Source: a bacterium (GTDB taxonomy: Bacteria > Electryoneota > Electryoneia > Electryoneales > Electryoneaceae). Taken from it: a stretch of DNA of 64,000 nucleotides. Below the pieces are notes generated by a model, which ran no database searches, had not been told where the DNA came from, and worked only from the letters and a program-made list of their open reading frames with translations. Below are positions 36,409 through 45,205 of this stretch, piece after piece (positions within the stretch are counted from its first letter, which is position 1; every line of letters begins with the position of its first letter). The translations under genes were made by a program, and so were the position numbers. The stretch lies in contig CAXXKJ010000002.1 of assembly GCA_963675295.2 (NCBI GenBank), positions 2,880,001-2,944,000 of the forward strand. Reading direction: 5' to 3'.

Positions 36409-38334
36409 TTACCGCTTCAGGTTCGTCACTTCCTGCAGAATCTGGTCGGACACCGTGATCACACGCGAACTGGCCTGGAAGCCACGCTGCGCCTTGATCA
36501 TATCGGTGAATTCTTCGACCAGGTCCACATTGGACATCTCCAGCTTGCCCGATTCGATCGTACTGCCGAAATCGGAATCGGCGTTGCCAAGCCGTGGATC
36601 ACCCGAAACTTCGGTCGCCAGCCACATGTTGTTGCCGGCCTTTTCCAGCCCGTCGGCGTTGGCGAAATCCGCGAGCACCATCTCACCGATCAGCAGTTCC
36701 TGACCGTTGGTGAAGTTGCCCATGATCCGGCCATCGTAGTTGATGTCGATGTCGGACAAGGTGCCCATTGCGTAGCCATCCTGGCCGACCAACGTTGTCG
36801 AGAACGCCGCGGCGGTCTGCGTGATGCCGTTCATGCCGTTGAAATCGCCGGCGCTGAACGACAGGCTGACCACATTCGTGCCGTCACCCGGGTCGAACGA
36901 GAAGGTGTCGCCACCGTCGTCGAACACCCAGTTGCGGAAGCTGCCGTCGGAGTTAAAGCTGACAATGCCGGAGGAACCGCCGACATTCACCGCCGGTTCA
37001 TCCACATCGGCTTCCCACATCCACTCGTTGGGGTTCGCCGTCTTGGTGAAGGTGACGTTCAGGTTGTGCATCGCGCCCTTCTCGTCATAAACGGCAATCG
37101 AGGTGGCATGCGTGGTCGCCTCGGTGTCGATGGACAGCGTGCCGGCGTTAAAGCCATCCGCCGCGACAATGCTGACTCCGCCACCACCAAGATCGGTCAT
37201 CGTGGTCATCAGACCAGTTGCCGGATCGGGTTCGAAGCCGAGCGTGGTCGTGATCGTCGCGCCGGTCGCAGCGTCGGTGAAGACGTCGTTTGCAACCAGC
37301 GTACTCGCCTGTCCACTGTTGACCGTCACATCCGCTGCGCCGAACAGGTCGTTGATCACCGTCGAGGTTCCGCCGTCGATCATGCGCACGTTGTACTCGT
37401 TGCCGTCACCGGCGTACGTGCGGGTCACGTTGATCTGCTGAGCCTGGTCATCGTAGTCAAAGTCAACGCCGGATACCTGCGCGTTCAGCTTGGTGAGCAG
37501 ATCGCCGACAGTGGATTCATTATCGAGGCCGGTGATGGTAACCGTCGATTCATGGTTCGAACCGTCATCGACAACGATGGTCAAGTCATCAACTCCAGTC
37601 AGACCCGCACCTGCGAGGTCCGTCAGCAGGGTGTCCATACCAAATCCGGTCAGCGTACTACCCAACGTGGAATTCTGGGCGTTCGCACCGGTGATGGTGA
37701 TGTCGTGCGTACCGCCGAGACCGTTCGCGGCTACACCCGCGACGCTGGTAACGCCGGTGGTGGTCGCATCGACGAGGGACGCCTCGGAATCGGTCGCGTC
37801 GGCGTCGAGGTTGCTGTAGACTTCCACCTCGGTCGTCGCGCGGGCCGGGATCTTGCGTGCGAGCGGAATCTGCAGACCGGTCAGGGCGGTATCCTCGATC
37901 ACGCCGTCCTCGTTGGCCATGCGTCCGAGCACCGTGCCAATACCGTTACCGGCAATCATGTTGCCCTCGGCGTCGAGGGTGAAATTGCCGGCACGGGTGT
38001 AGTAGGTCGTGTCGCCACCCTGCACCATGAAGAATCCATCGCCGAGCAGCGCGAGGTCGGTGGCGTAGCCGGTCGACTCGAGGCTGCCCTGGCTAAAGTT
38101 GTTGCTGATTGACTGCAACTGCACCCCGAGACCGACCTGGACCGGGTTGACCGTGCCACGGTTGGTCAACGATCCCTGGCCGGGACGCAGGATCTGGGAA
38201 ATCGCGTCCGCAAAGTTCGCGCGCGAAGATTTGAAACCGATCGTGTTGACGTTGGCGACGTTGTTGCCGACGACGTCCATCATGATCTGGTGACTCTGTA
38301 CGCCTGTCACACCACTGTTCAATGACCGCATCAT
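36409..38334 (-). CDS. flgE: hook protein FlgE (641 aa, large central insertion)
   Basis: GNNVANVNTIGFK, YTRAGNF, QDGY, LEMSNVDL, AQRGFQASSR. Confidence 0.97.
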   Translation of the reverse strand: MMRSLNSGVTGVQSHQIMMDVVGNNVANVNTIGFKSSRANFADAISQILRPGQGSLTNRGTVNPVQVGLGVQLQSISNNFSQGSLESTGYATDLALLGDGFFMVQGGDTTYYTRAGNFTLDAEGNMIAGNGIGTVLGRMANEDGVIEDTALTGLQIPLARKIPARATTEVEVYSNLDADATDSEASLVDATTTGVTSVAGVAANGLGGTHDITITGANAQNSTLGSTLTGFGMDTLLTDLAGAGLTGVDDLTIVVDDGSNHESTVTITGLDNESTVGDLLTKLNAQVSGVDFDYDDQAQQINVTRTYAGDGNEYNVRMIDGGTSTVINDLFGAADVTVNSGQASTLVANDVFTDAATGATITTTLGFEPDPATGLMTTMTDLGGGGVSIVAADGFNAGTLSIDTEATTHATSIAVYDEKGAMHNLNVTFTKTANPNEWMWEADVDEPAVNVGGSSGIVSFNSDGSFRNWVFDDGGDTFSFDPGDGTNVVSLSFSAGDFNGMNGITQTAAAFSTTLVGQDGYAMGTLSDIDINYDGRIMGNFTNGQELLIGEMVLADFANADGLEKAGNNMWLATEVSGDPRLGNADSDFGSTIESGKLEMSNVDLVEEFTDMIKAQRGFQASSRVITVSDQILQEVTNLKR

Positions 38335-38353
38335 GAGAAGGTTCTCCTTGTTT

Positions 38354-38452
38354 GGGCAATTTGCCCCGGATACATCTCAGGGATCCTTCGGTTGAGGACG
38401 GTTCCGCATCTGTCGGTTAGCAGAACCAAGGCCTCCTCACAGAGGTCCAGCC
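38354..38452 (-). promoter_or_regulatory. structured 5' leader of flgE (candidate cis-regulatory RNA)
   Basis: mRNA hairpins GGC-UGGA-CCUC-UGU-GAGG-AG-GCC, GGUUCUGC-N12-GCGGAACC and GGGCAAAUUGCCC before the AAGGAG RBS. Confidence 0.55.
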
Positions 38453-38461
38453 TTCCCTGTA

Positions 38462-38672
38462 CTCGTCTCTCGTCTCTAGGCTCTAGTCTCTCGTCCAGTG
38501 TGACGGAGATTGTGAATTGCTTGTTTCGGGTCCGCGTCCCATGTCTTCTGGCTGAGCATGAGCCGCGTTTCCAGACGCTTGTCTTTTGTTCTCTCAAGTC
38601 TCAAGTCTCACATCTCTAGTCTTTTATCTTTCGACTTCAGTTCGACTTTCGACTCTGTACTTCTTTTCGACT
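38462..38672. repeat. two 7-bp tandem arrays between the TIGR02530-type gene and flgE
   Basis: CTCGTCT CTCGTCT CTAGGCT CTAGTCT CTCGTCC (38462-38496); CTCAAGT CTCAAGT CTCACAT CTCTAGT CTTTTAT CTTTCGA, then TCGACT units (38593-38672). Confidence 0.85.
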
Positions 38673-38676
38673 ATTC

Positions 38677-39084
38677 CTAATCGATCAGCACCGCGCTGTC
38701 GATCTGTGTAAAGACATTTTCCCGTGCCTGCTCACCTTGCAGGGCGGTAATCACGGTTCGGTTTTCGACGCTTACGATCAGCGCGAGGTCCCGCATCAGG
38801 AAGAGCGATTCCTTCGCGCCCTTGGCCTGTGCCTGGTCCATCGCACTGCTGATCTTGGTCAAATCCTGCTGGTCGAGGCTGACACCGCGTTGCAGCAGAC
38901 GCTGGCTCGCGTGTGCGCTGATGGTAACGTTCGGCGCGGACGCATTCGCGGGGGCGGAAGCCTTGCGGACAGCATCTTTGAACGAGTCACCGGTGGCAAC
39001 GGTTGACGGTTTGTTGACAGACGTTTGCGGCTGAACCGGACCAACACGTCCCAGGCTCGCCTGGATGCGCGGGTCGAGGTTCAT
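38677..39084 (-). CDS. flagellar operon protein (TIGR02530 type)
   Basis: SAHASQRL..RG, AKGAKESL, VSVENRTVITA, NVFTQIDSAV; between flgD and flgE. Confidence 0.9.
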   Translation of the reverse strand: MNLDPRIQASLGRVGPVQPQTSVNKPSTVATGDSFKDAVRKASAPANASAPNVTISAHASQRLLQRGVSLDQQDLTKISSAMDQAQAKGAKESLFLMRDLALIVSVENRTVITALQGEQARENVFTQIDSAVLID

Positions 39085-39827
39085 GATCCACCTCCCAGCC
39101 CGATCATGCCGGCGATATCCAGTCCGCCGCCGTTCTTGTCATCGTCCGGGTTGCGCAGCTCGAGCACGTTTCCGAAGTACACCTTGACCCCGTCCACGAC
39201 CAGCATCGCGCCGTTGGCGTCGTACCGAACGGCATCAATCGTACCGATGATGTAGGTCGTCGCCTGGGTTTCCTTGCCAGCACTGTCAGTGGCGGTTACT
39301 TCGACAGTGTATTCGCCGTCCGCGAGCGAATTACCCTTGTTGTCCTCGCCATCCCATTCGATGGTGTGTTCACCGGACAGGGTCTTGCCGAGATCGATAC
39401 TGCGGAGCTCGTTTCCGTCACTGTCCAGGATGGTGATTTCGACGTCCTCGGCGATATCGTTCAACTCGAACGAGATATCGCTGCCTTCGCCGTCGGACAC
39501 GACCAAGGTATCGCTGTAGGCCTTGACATCAGTGCCAACCAGCGACCCGGCGAGGGTGTTGTTGATCGCCTGGGAGAGGATGTAGTCCGCCTGCAGGCTC
39601 TCTTCGAGCACGGAGGTCTGGTTCTGCATCTCTTCCAGGGTGGTGAACTGCGCCAGCTGTGCCGTGTACTCGGTCGAATCCATCGGGTTCATCGGATCCT
39701 GGTTCTTCATCTGCTCGATCAGCAGCTGGAGGAACCCATCCTTGTCGACAGTTCCGGACTGAGCATCGGTGCCATAAGTGGTCGCAGATCTCCCAACGAG
39801 AGAATCAATCGACAGCGTATCGTCCAT
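39081..39827 (-). CDS. flgD: hook-capping protein FlgD
   Basis: FLQLLIEQMKNQDPMNPMD..QLAQF, WDGED..G. Confidence 0.96.
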   Translation of the reverse strand: MDDTLSIDSLVGRSATTYGTDAQSGTVDKDGFLQLLIEQMKNQDPMNPMDSTEYTAQLAQFTTLEEMQNQTSVLEESLQADYILSQAINNTLAGSLVGTDVKAYSDTLVVSDGEGSDISFELNDIAEDVEITILDSDGNELRSIDLGKTLSGEHTIEWDGEDNKGNSLADGEYTVEVTATDSAGKETQATTYIIGTIDAVRYDANGAMLVVDGVKVYFGNVLELRNPDDDKNGGGLDIAGMIGLGGGS

Positions 39828-39923
39828 AGGCCAATCCTCCTTTCACGGGGACCCGTGATCGCCGGCTTCGTCCGTCCCCTGAAGCGAAGCGGCTGAAATC
39901 CTTACATAACCACTTTACATTCA

Positions 39924-40028
39924 AGCAAACCACATGCCTTTGCTGCAATCAAAAGCTGATGCGGTGTTGCGGTTCTCGCGCCCTGCGACATGGGGTAGCT
40001 TTCACCCTGATCCGGGCAGCTTCTGCCC
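39924..40028 (-). promoter_or_regulatory. sigma54 promoter of flgD with IHF-like site and tandem palindromes
   Basis: AGGCAT-GTGGT-TTGCT (39924-39939); AATCAAAAGCTGA (39947-39959, one mismatch to IHF consensus); GGGTAGCTTTCACCC (39993) and GGGCAGCTTCTGCCC (40014). Confidence 0.75.
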
Positions 40029-40033
40029 GGTAG

Positions 40034-42169
40034 TTAGCCGGTATACTCCACCGTGTTCAAGCCGGTCCGCAGCGGCCGTTGCCCAGCCTCCGGATCGGAC
40101 TCAGCGTCCGCCATCTCACGTCGAGACTGCCCGTTTCGGGATGATGCATTACGTCGCTGGGCCTGACGTTCGGCTGCATCGCGCCGTTGCTGATCGGCTG
40201 CGGAATCCTGCTGCCGGGTCTGGCCGGTTTCCACTTCGACCCGATCCACCTGGATACCCTGGCTGTTCAGGTGTTCTCGCAACGCCGGCAGGTGCTGTTC
40301 AAGGCTGCGGGTCGCGTCCGCTCGGTCGACCGTCATCTTGATGATGTACTTGCCGTTGCTGCGGATCACGTTCAGCAGCACATTGCCCAACTTGGCGGGT
40401 TTCAACGCCACCTGCAGCCGGACAACTCCATCGCCCTTCAGCACTTTCGCCTGCGAGCTGACCTTCTGCATCAACTCCTGCAGGTTCTGAAGGCCCTGCG
40501 CGGACGATGGTGTGCCCCGCCCCACCTTCGCCCCCAGCGCCGCGCTGAGGTTGTTGATCACGTTCGGTTTGGCGTTCGCGGGCTTGATCGACCCGCTGTC
40601 ATCTGTCCTGGCCGCCTTCGGCTTGCTGGTGTTGCTGGATGTCGCGGCGTTTTTCGCATCTCGGGCGGACGGTTTCACGCTCTTCTGCCCTGCCTTCGCC
40701 TGTTTCACCCCTTCCGCGGAGCGGTCGCTGGCGGTCGGAGCGGTCTTGCCGGACGGCGTGTGCACATGCCAGCCGCTGCGTTCCATCGAGGCGACACGTG
40801 ACCGGGCCTGCCCGGCGGACGCAGCCGCTGCGGCGGACTGTGTCACGGTCTGGTTGGACGCTGTTTCGACGGTGACCGGTGACGGATTACTCGGCGTGGC
40901 AGCACGAGCCTGCCGGGTGAACGCACCGCGATCCGCCTGCGCGGATTCCGGCCGGGACGCCAGCCGTGATCCACGGCCCTGCCGTTGGGGCGCATCCTGT
41001 TCGCTCTGCTTCGCGATCTCAGCGGCGGTTTCGTTGGACCGTTCGACGGTGACATTGGCTACCGCTTTCGGCGTGGTCAGCTTCGCCGTCGTTTGCAGGC
41101 CGCCATCATCCTCACGGACCGTTCCCGCGCCGGACCATGCCGAAGAACGGGCGGTGCCGCCGGTTTTGGCACGCAACTGCGCGAGCAGGTCGGAACGGGT
41201 CGGTTGCGGCCGGGCGTTCACGGTCACCTTCTGCGCGACCGGTTTGTCCGCCTCGGGCTTGCCATCCAGCGCCGGTTTCTGCCCCATCTCACTCTTGAAC
41301 TCAGGCGTGGCGGCGGCTTTCTTCGCGCCGATCTTCCCCGCAGACCTGGTCAATTCGGCCACGGCCAATTGGGAAAGATCCAGCTTCTGTGCGGTTCTGG
41401 CGGCTGCCAGTGTGGCCTGTTTCGCGTCACCGTCAACGCTGACTTTCGTGGTCTGAACGGTGTTCGTGGAACGGTTGACCTTCGGCGGCGCGAACGGCTT
41501 CACATCCGGCCCGAACGGACTCTTCAACTCGACGTGCTTGCGTCCCTCCTGCCCCTCGCCCTCCGTCATCGCGCGAGCCTGGGCGACAAGCCGGGCGGCG
41601 TCGCCGTCCTGCGAGCGGGCCATGTGCGTGCGAACCTCCTGCAGCCACATGGACGGGTCTTCGAGTCCCTGTTCCTTGCGCTGCTCTTCCAGCCGTTTCT
41701 TGAGCACATAGGACCGGTTGCCGGGGGTTTCCACCTCACCGCTGAGGATGCCGATACGCAGCTGGTCGGTGAGCAGCAGGTGTTCGGCGGCGCGTTTCTT
41801 GAAGCCGGTCATCAACTGGGAGGTGCCCTGGTTGCTGCTCAGCTCCATCTCACGGGTGAGGTACGGGTCGTTGGCCTGCGGACGGCGTCCCCGGTGGCCT
41901 TCTTCCGTACGGCGCAGGCTGTCCGGATCATCCGGATCGACGCTGTTGCCGAATTGGTCAACGAAGGGGATGCTGTCAAACGTAACCGACGAGCCGCTGC
42001 GTACCAGCGCCATCGGGGACGTCTGTGGCTTGAGGCCGAAATCCGCCAGCAGGCGGGTGAACATGCCGGGCCGGGAGGAACGTGCACTGCTCCCGGTCGA
42101 CGACGCGGCGGCAGCGGAAGTATTCCGTTGCGACGCGCTGTTCAGTTGGGTGTCGAGGCTTCCGTTCAT
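40034..42169 (-). CDS. fliK: hook-length control protein FliK
   Basis: Long A/S/T/K-rich disordered region; C-term LKPAKLGNV...LEQHLPALREHLNSQGI; upstream of flgD. Confidence 0.88.
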   Translation of the reverse strand: MNGSLDTQLNSASQRNTSAAAASSTGSSARSSRPGMFTRLLADFGLKPQTSPMALVRSGSSVTFDSIPFVDQFGNSVDPDDPDSLRRTEEGHRGRRPQANDPYLTREMELSSNQGTSQLMTGFKKRAAEHLLLTDQLRIGILSGEVETPGNRSYVLKKRLEEQRKEQGLEDPSMWLQEVRTHMARSQDGDAARLVAQARAMTEGEGQEGRKHVELKSPFGPDVKPFAPPKVNRSTNTVQTTKVSVDGDAKQATLAAARTAQKLDLSQLAVAELTRSAGKIGAKKAAATPEFKSEMGQKPALDGKPEADKPVAQKVTVNARPQPTRSDLLAQLRAKTGGTARSSAWSGAGTVREDDGGLQTTAKLTTPKAVANVTVERSNETAAEIAKQSEQDAPQRQGRGSRLASRPESAQADRGAFTRQARAATPSNPSPVTVETASNQTVTQSAAAAASAGQARSRVASMERSGWHVHTPSGKTAPTASDRSAEGVKQAKAGQKSVKPSARDAKNAATSSNTSKPKAARTDDSGSIKPANAKPNVINNLSAALGAKVGRGTPSSAQGLQNLQELMQKVSSQAKVLKGDGVVRLQVALKPAKLGNVLLNVIRSNGKYIIKMTVDRADATRSLEQHLPALREHLNSQGIQVDRVEVETGQTRQQDSAADQQRRDAAERQAQRRNASSRNGQSRREMADAESDPEAGQRPLRTGLNTVEYTG

Positions 42170-42849
42170 CAGATCGCACTCTTTTCGTAGGCCTGGGACA
42201 GGTATCGCGCCACTTCGGCGGCTCGTTCACGGGGCATCGCGGCAAGGATTTTCGCCGCCTGCCGTTGCCGCATCGTGATCAGCAATCGTGCGGAGGTTTT
42301 GCTGCCGAGGCCGTTCAATACGGCGGCGGCCTCGACCGGACGCATGTTCTCGATGATCTTGGAAAGGCGCTTGGCGTTGGCCTGATCGACACTGTCAGCG
42401 TCCGCGCTCAGCATCGCCAGCAGGTTCGCGAGATCGTCCACCTTCTCCTCGGCTTCCGCGACCTGTGCCTGGGTCTGCTGGACGTCTTCACGTACCGGAT
42501 CGGTCTTCGCGGTGGCGACGCTGTCCATCATTTCGGTGATGGTTTGCGTGCCGCCTCCGTCAGCTGTCTGGATTTGTCCATCTTCGTCCAGCATCACTGC
42601 GCCGCTGTCACCTTCGGCGGGCAGCATCATTGGACCGCCGCCGGGGCGCGACTGCTGCAGTTGCGAGATGTCCTTCGTCAGGTCGATCGGGGCGCGTCGA
42701 GCAGCTTCTTCGAGTGAATCCGCGATCGCCAGCGAATCGAGCAGGCTGGTGTCGGTTTCTCCCTTCAGCATGAAGTAACTGCCGCCAAGTGTGATCGCAT
42801 ACCCGACAACCAACACAATGATCAGGATCAACAACTGTTTCTTGCTCAT
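42169..42849 (-). CDS. MotE/FlbB/YlxF-like membrane protein (MgtE_N-like helical repeats)
   Basis: N-term TM; LSKIIENMRPVEAAAVL...QAAKILAAMPRERAAEV; between fliJ and fliK. Confidence 0.8.
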   Translation of the reverse strand: MSKKQLLILIIVLVVGYAITLGGSYFMLKGETDTSLLDSLAIADSLEEAARRAPIDLTKDISQLQQSRPGGGPMMLPAEGDSGAVMLDEDGQIQTADGGGTQTITEMMDSVATAKTDPVREDVQQTQAQVAEAEEKVDDLANLLAMLSADADSVDQANAKRLSKIIENMRPVEAAAVLNGLGSKTSARLLITMRQRQAAKILAAMPRERAAEVARYLSQAYEKSAI

Positions 42850-43328
42850 GATCCGTATCCCGCACTAGGGTTCTGGCCGTTGGTTGACTCCGCGCGTGTC
42901 GCGGCACGTCCGCCGATGTCATCCAGTGTGGCCTGTTGTTCTTTCAGGGTGAGCTGCGTGTGTTCCGCGCGTTTCTTCTCTTTCAGCCGGTCGAGGACCT
43001 TGCGTTCACGCGTGGCATCCAGCAGCTCCTGCCGCCGTTGAGCGACCACCTTCTCCGCTTCCCGGCATTTCTCGATCTGAGTCCGCAGCCGTTTTTCCAG
43101 TTCGCGTTGCCAGCGGTGGTGCTGCATGGCGGTTCCGGCGGTAACCGTGCCGCCGAGCATGTTCCGTTGCTGCTTGACAAGTTGCGCGATTTCAGTTTGG
43201 ATCTGATTTTTCACCGTTTCCAGTTCTGTCAACGTCCGCTGCGCCTCACCGAGCTTGCGCTGGGCCTCGCGCTCGACCACCTCACGGGCGTCGAGGACTT
43301 TCTGCAGGCGGAAGTGGAAACGTTTCAT
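42846..43328 (-). CDS. fliJ: export protein FliJ
   Basis: MKRFHFRLQKVLD, ERKVLDRLKEK, EQQATLDD. Confidence 0.93.
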   Translation of the reverse strand: MKRFHFRLQKVLDAREVVEREAQRKLGEAQRTLTELETVKNQIQTEIAQLVKQQRNMLGGTVTAGTAMQHHRWQRELEKRLRTQIEKCREAEKVVAQRRQELLDATRERKVLDRLKEKKRAEHTQLTLKEQQATLDDIGGRAATRAESTNGQNPSAGYGS

Positions 43329-43334
43329 GACGGA

Positions 43335-43842
43335 CTCAGTTCTCAGTGATCAGTGGTCAGTGCTCAGTTAAAACAACCGGAAATCTGTGATCGAGCACTT
43401 CAACCTGCTAACCTCTTTCTTTTACCTTTTGAATCAAACCAAAAATCGTTTTCGCGGTTTCTTCCGATTTAGGTTTAACTTTATCGTATGTAAGATCCGT
43501 CAGATAAGACAATCGTCTGGCCAGCGATAACTGATAATCCAGTTCTCGGACTGAACCGTATGCAATATGCAGAAAGTGTAGAAATTCTTTCGTTGTTGCT
43601 CTGGCACAACCCTCAACAATATTTGATGGTACGGAAACAGCCGCTCGTCGCATTTGATTTGTCAAGCCGAAGCGTTCCTCGTCCGGCATACTCAAGGTGG
43701 CCCGATAAACTTCAAGCGCCAGATCATCTGCAAGGTCAAAAGCTTTTAGATTCCTGTGATCCTGCATTTAGCATTCCTTTCCTGATCACCTGTATTTGCT
43801 TTCACTGACCACTGAGAACTGAGCACTGAAAACTGATAACTG
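43335..43842. mobile_element. candidate cassette: four-helix-bundle gene bracketed by inverted 7-bp repeat arrays
   Basis: Left arm 5 x CAGTKNT-type (43335-43371), right arm 6 x NNMACTG (43801-43842); low-GC gene; interrupts fliI-fliJ. Mobility is inferred. Confidence 0.6.
43408..43767 (-). CDS. four-helix-bundle protein (23S rRNA IVS-protein / bAvd-like family)
   Basis: [38 protein letters not shown] family motifs; hand count about 43% GC. Confidence 0.92.
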   Translation of the reverse strand: MQDHRNLKAFDLADDLALEVYRATLSMPDEERFGLTNQMRRAAVSVPSNIVEGCARATTKEFLHFLHIAYGSVRELDYQLSLARRLSYLTDLTYDKVKPKSEETAKTIFGLIQKVKERG

Positions 43843-43849
43843 TCTCGCG

Positions 43850-45205
43850 CTATTGCGCTAGATTGATCACGCTATCCCACGTCCCCTTCAACTCCGACCC
43901 TTCATTCATATCCTGGATCAGGAAATCTTCGATCGCCTGTCGTTTGTGGACAGCGCGGTCGATTCGCGGATTTGAACCTTGCTTATACGCTCCGATGTTG
44001 ATCAGGTCTTCATTTTCACGCCACACGGCCATGTCCGTCTGCACCAGTTTCGCCGCCTTTTTCAACTCATCCGGCACCACTTCGACCATCACACGGCTGA
44101 TACTGTTGAGCACGTCCACCGCCGGATAGTGGCCCTCGGTCGCCAATTTGCGGCTGAGCACGATGTGGCCGTCGAGGATTGAACGGACCGCGTCCGCGAC
44201 AGGCTCATTCATATCATCGCCTTCAACCAGCACGGTGTACAGCGCGGTGATCGAGCCTTTGTCGCCACGTCCGGCGCGTTCGAGCAATTTCGGCAGCATC
44301 GCGAACACGGACGGCGTGTAGCCGCGTGTCGTCGGCGGTTCCCCGACTGCGAGACCGATTTCACGTTGCGCCATCGCGAGACGAGTGACTGAATCCATCA
44401 TCAGCATCACATCTTTGCCCTGGTCACGGAAGTATTCCGCGATCGCGGTGGCAAGCATCGCGCCCTTGATCCGGATCAACGCCGGTTTGTCCGAGGTGAC
44501 AACCACCACGACAGATCGTGCCAACCCTTCCTGCCCGAGGTCGCGTTCGATGAAGTCACGGACCTCGCGTCCACGTTCCCCGACCAGCGCGATCACGTTC
44601 ACCTCGGCTTCGGTGTGGCGTGCGACCATGCCCATGGTGACGCTTTTCCCGACACCGGACCCGGCGAAGATGCCGAATCGCTGGCCTTTGCCGCAGGTCA
44701 ACAATCCGTCTATCGAACGAATGCCCAACGCGAGCGGTTCGGTGACTCGTTGCCGTTTCAGGGGATGCGGTGGATCCGCGGTAATCGGAACCCTGGTTTC
44801 GGTGTCGAGCGGTCCGAGGTCGTCCAACGCATTGCCCAACCCGTCCAGCACCCGTCCGAGCAGCCCCGGCCCGGCTTTGACGGTAAATGGCCGCCGCAGG
44901 GAACGCACGATCGACCCCGGCGCAATACCGCCGAGATCGCCCAACGGCATCAACAGCACGTGATGGTCACGGAACCCGACCACCTCGGCCAACCCCTGAC
45001 GCTGATTCTTTTTATCCAAAAGCTCACAGATTTCACCGACCGACGCTTCCGGCCCGGAGGATTCAATCACCAGCCCGACCACCCGCACAACACGTCCACG
45101 CGGCACGAGCGGCTGCGCGGCGTCCAGCAGCTCTTCATGGCCGCGAAACAGCTCTTCCGGTGCCGGCGGTTGCGCCAACGGTGCGAGGGTCGGTGAATCA
45201 GTCAT
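43850..45205 (-). CDS. fliI: export ATPase FliI
   Basis: FAGSGVGKS, GERGREV, DSVTR, GEPPTTRGY. Confidence 0.97.
   Translation of the reverse strand: MTDSPTLAPLAQPPAPEELFRGHEELLDAAQPLVPRGRVVRVVGLVIESSGPEASVGEICELLDKKNQRQGLAEVVGFRDHHVLLMPLGDLGGIAPGSIVRSLRRPFTVKAGPGLLGRVLDGLGNALDDLGPLDTETRVPITADPPHPLKRQRVTEPLALGIRSIDGLLTCGKGQRFGIFAGSGVGKSVTMGMVARHTEAEVNVIALVGERGREVRDFIERDLGQEGLARSVVVVVTSDKPALIRIKGAMLATAIAEYFRDQGKDVMLMMDSVTRLAMAQREIGLAVGEPPTTRGYTPSVFAMLPKLLERAGRGDKGSITALYTVLVEGDDMNEPVADAVRSILDGHIVLSRKLATEGHYPAVDVLNSISRVMVEVVPDELKKAAKLVQTDMAVWRENEDLINIGAYKQGSNPRIDRAVHKRQAIEDFLIQDMNEGSELKGTWDSVINLAQ

Noticed and set aside
36136-38112. 658-aa plus-strand ORF (also 12704..14128, 33030..33995 and similar)
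   Set aside because: Antisense shadows of flagellar genes, expected in GC-rich DNA
38331-38619. Short ORFs over repeat spacers (also 14874..15113, 50594..50899)
   Set aside because: Translations simply reflect the 7-bp repeats; no coding evidence
43408-43767. Diversity-generating retroelement or rRNA intervening sequence
   Set aside because: No reverse transcriptase, template/variable repeat pair or rRNA gene in the window
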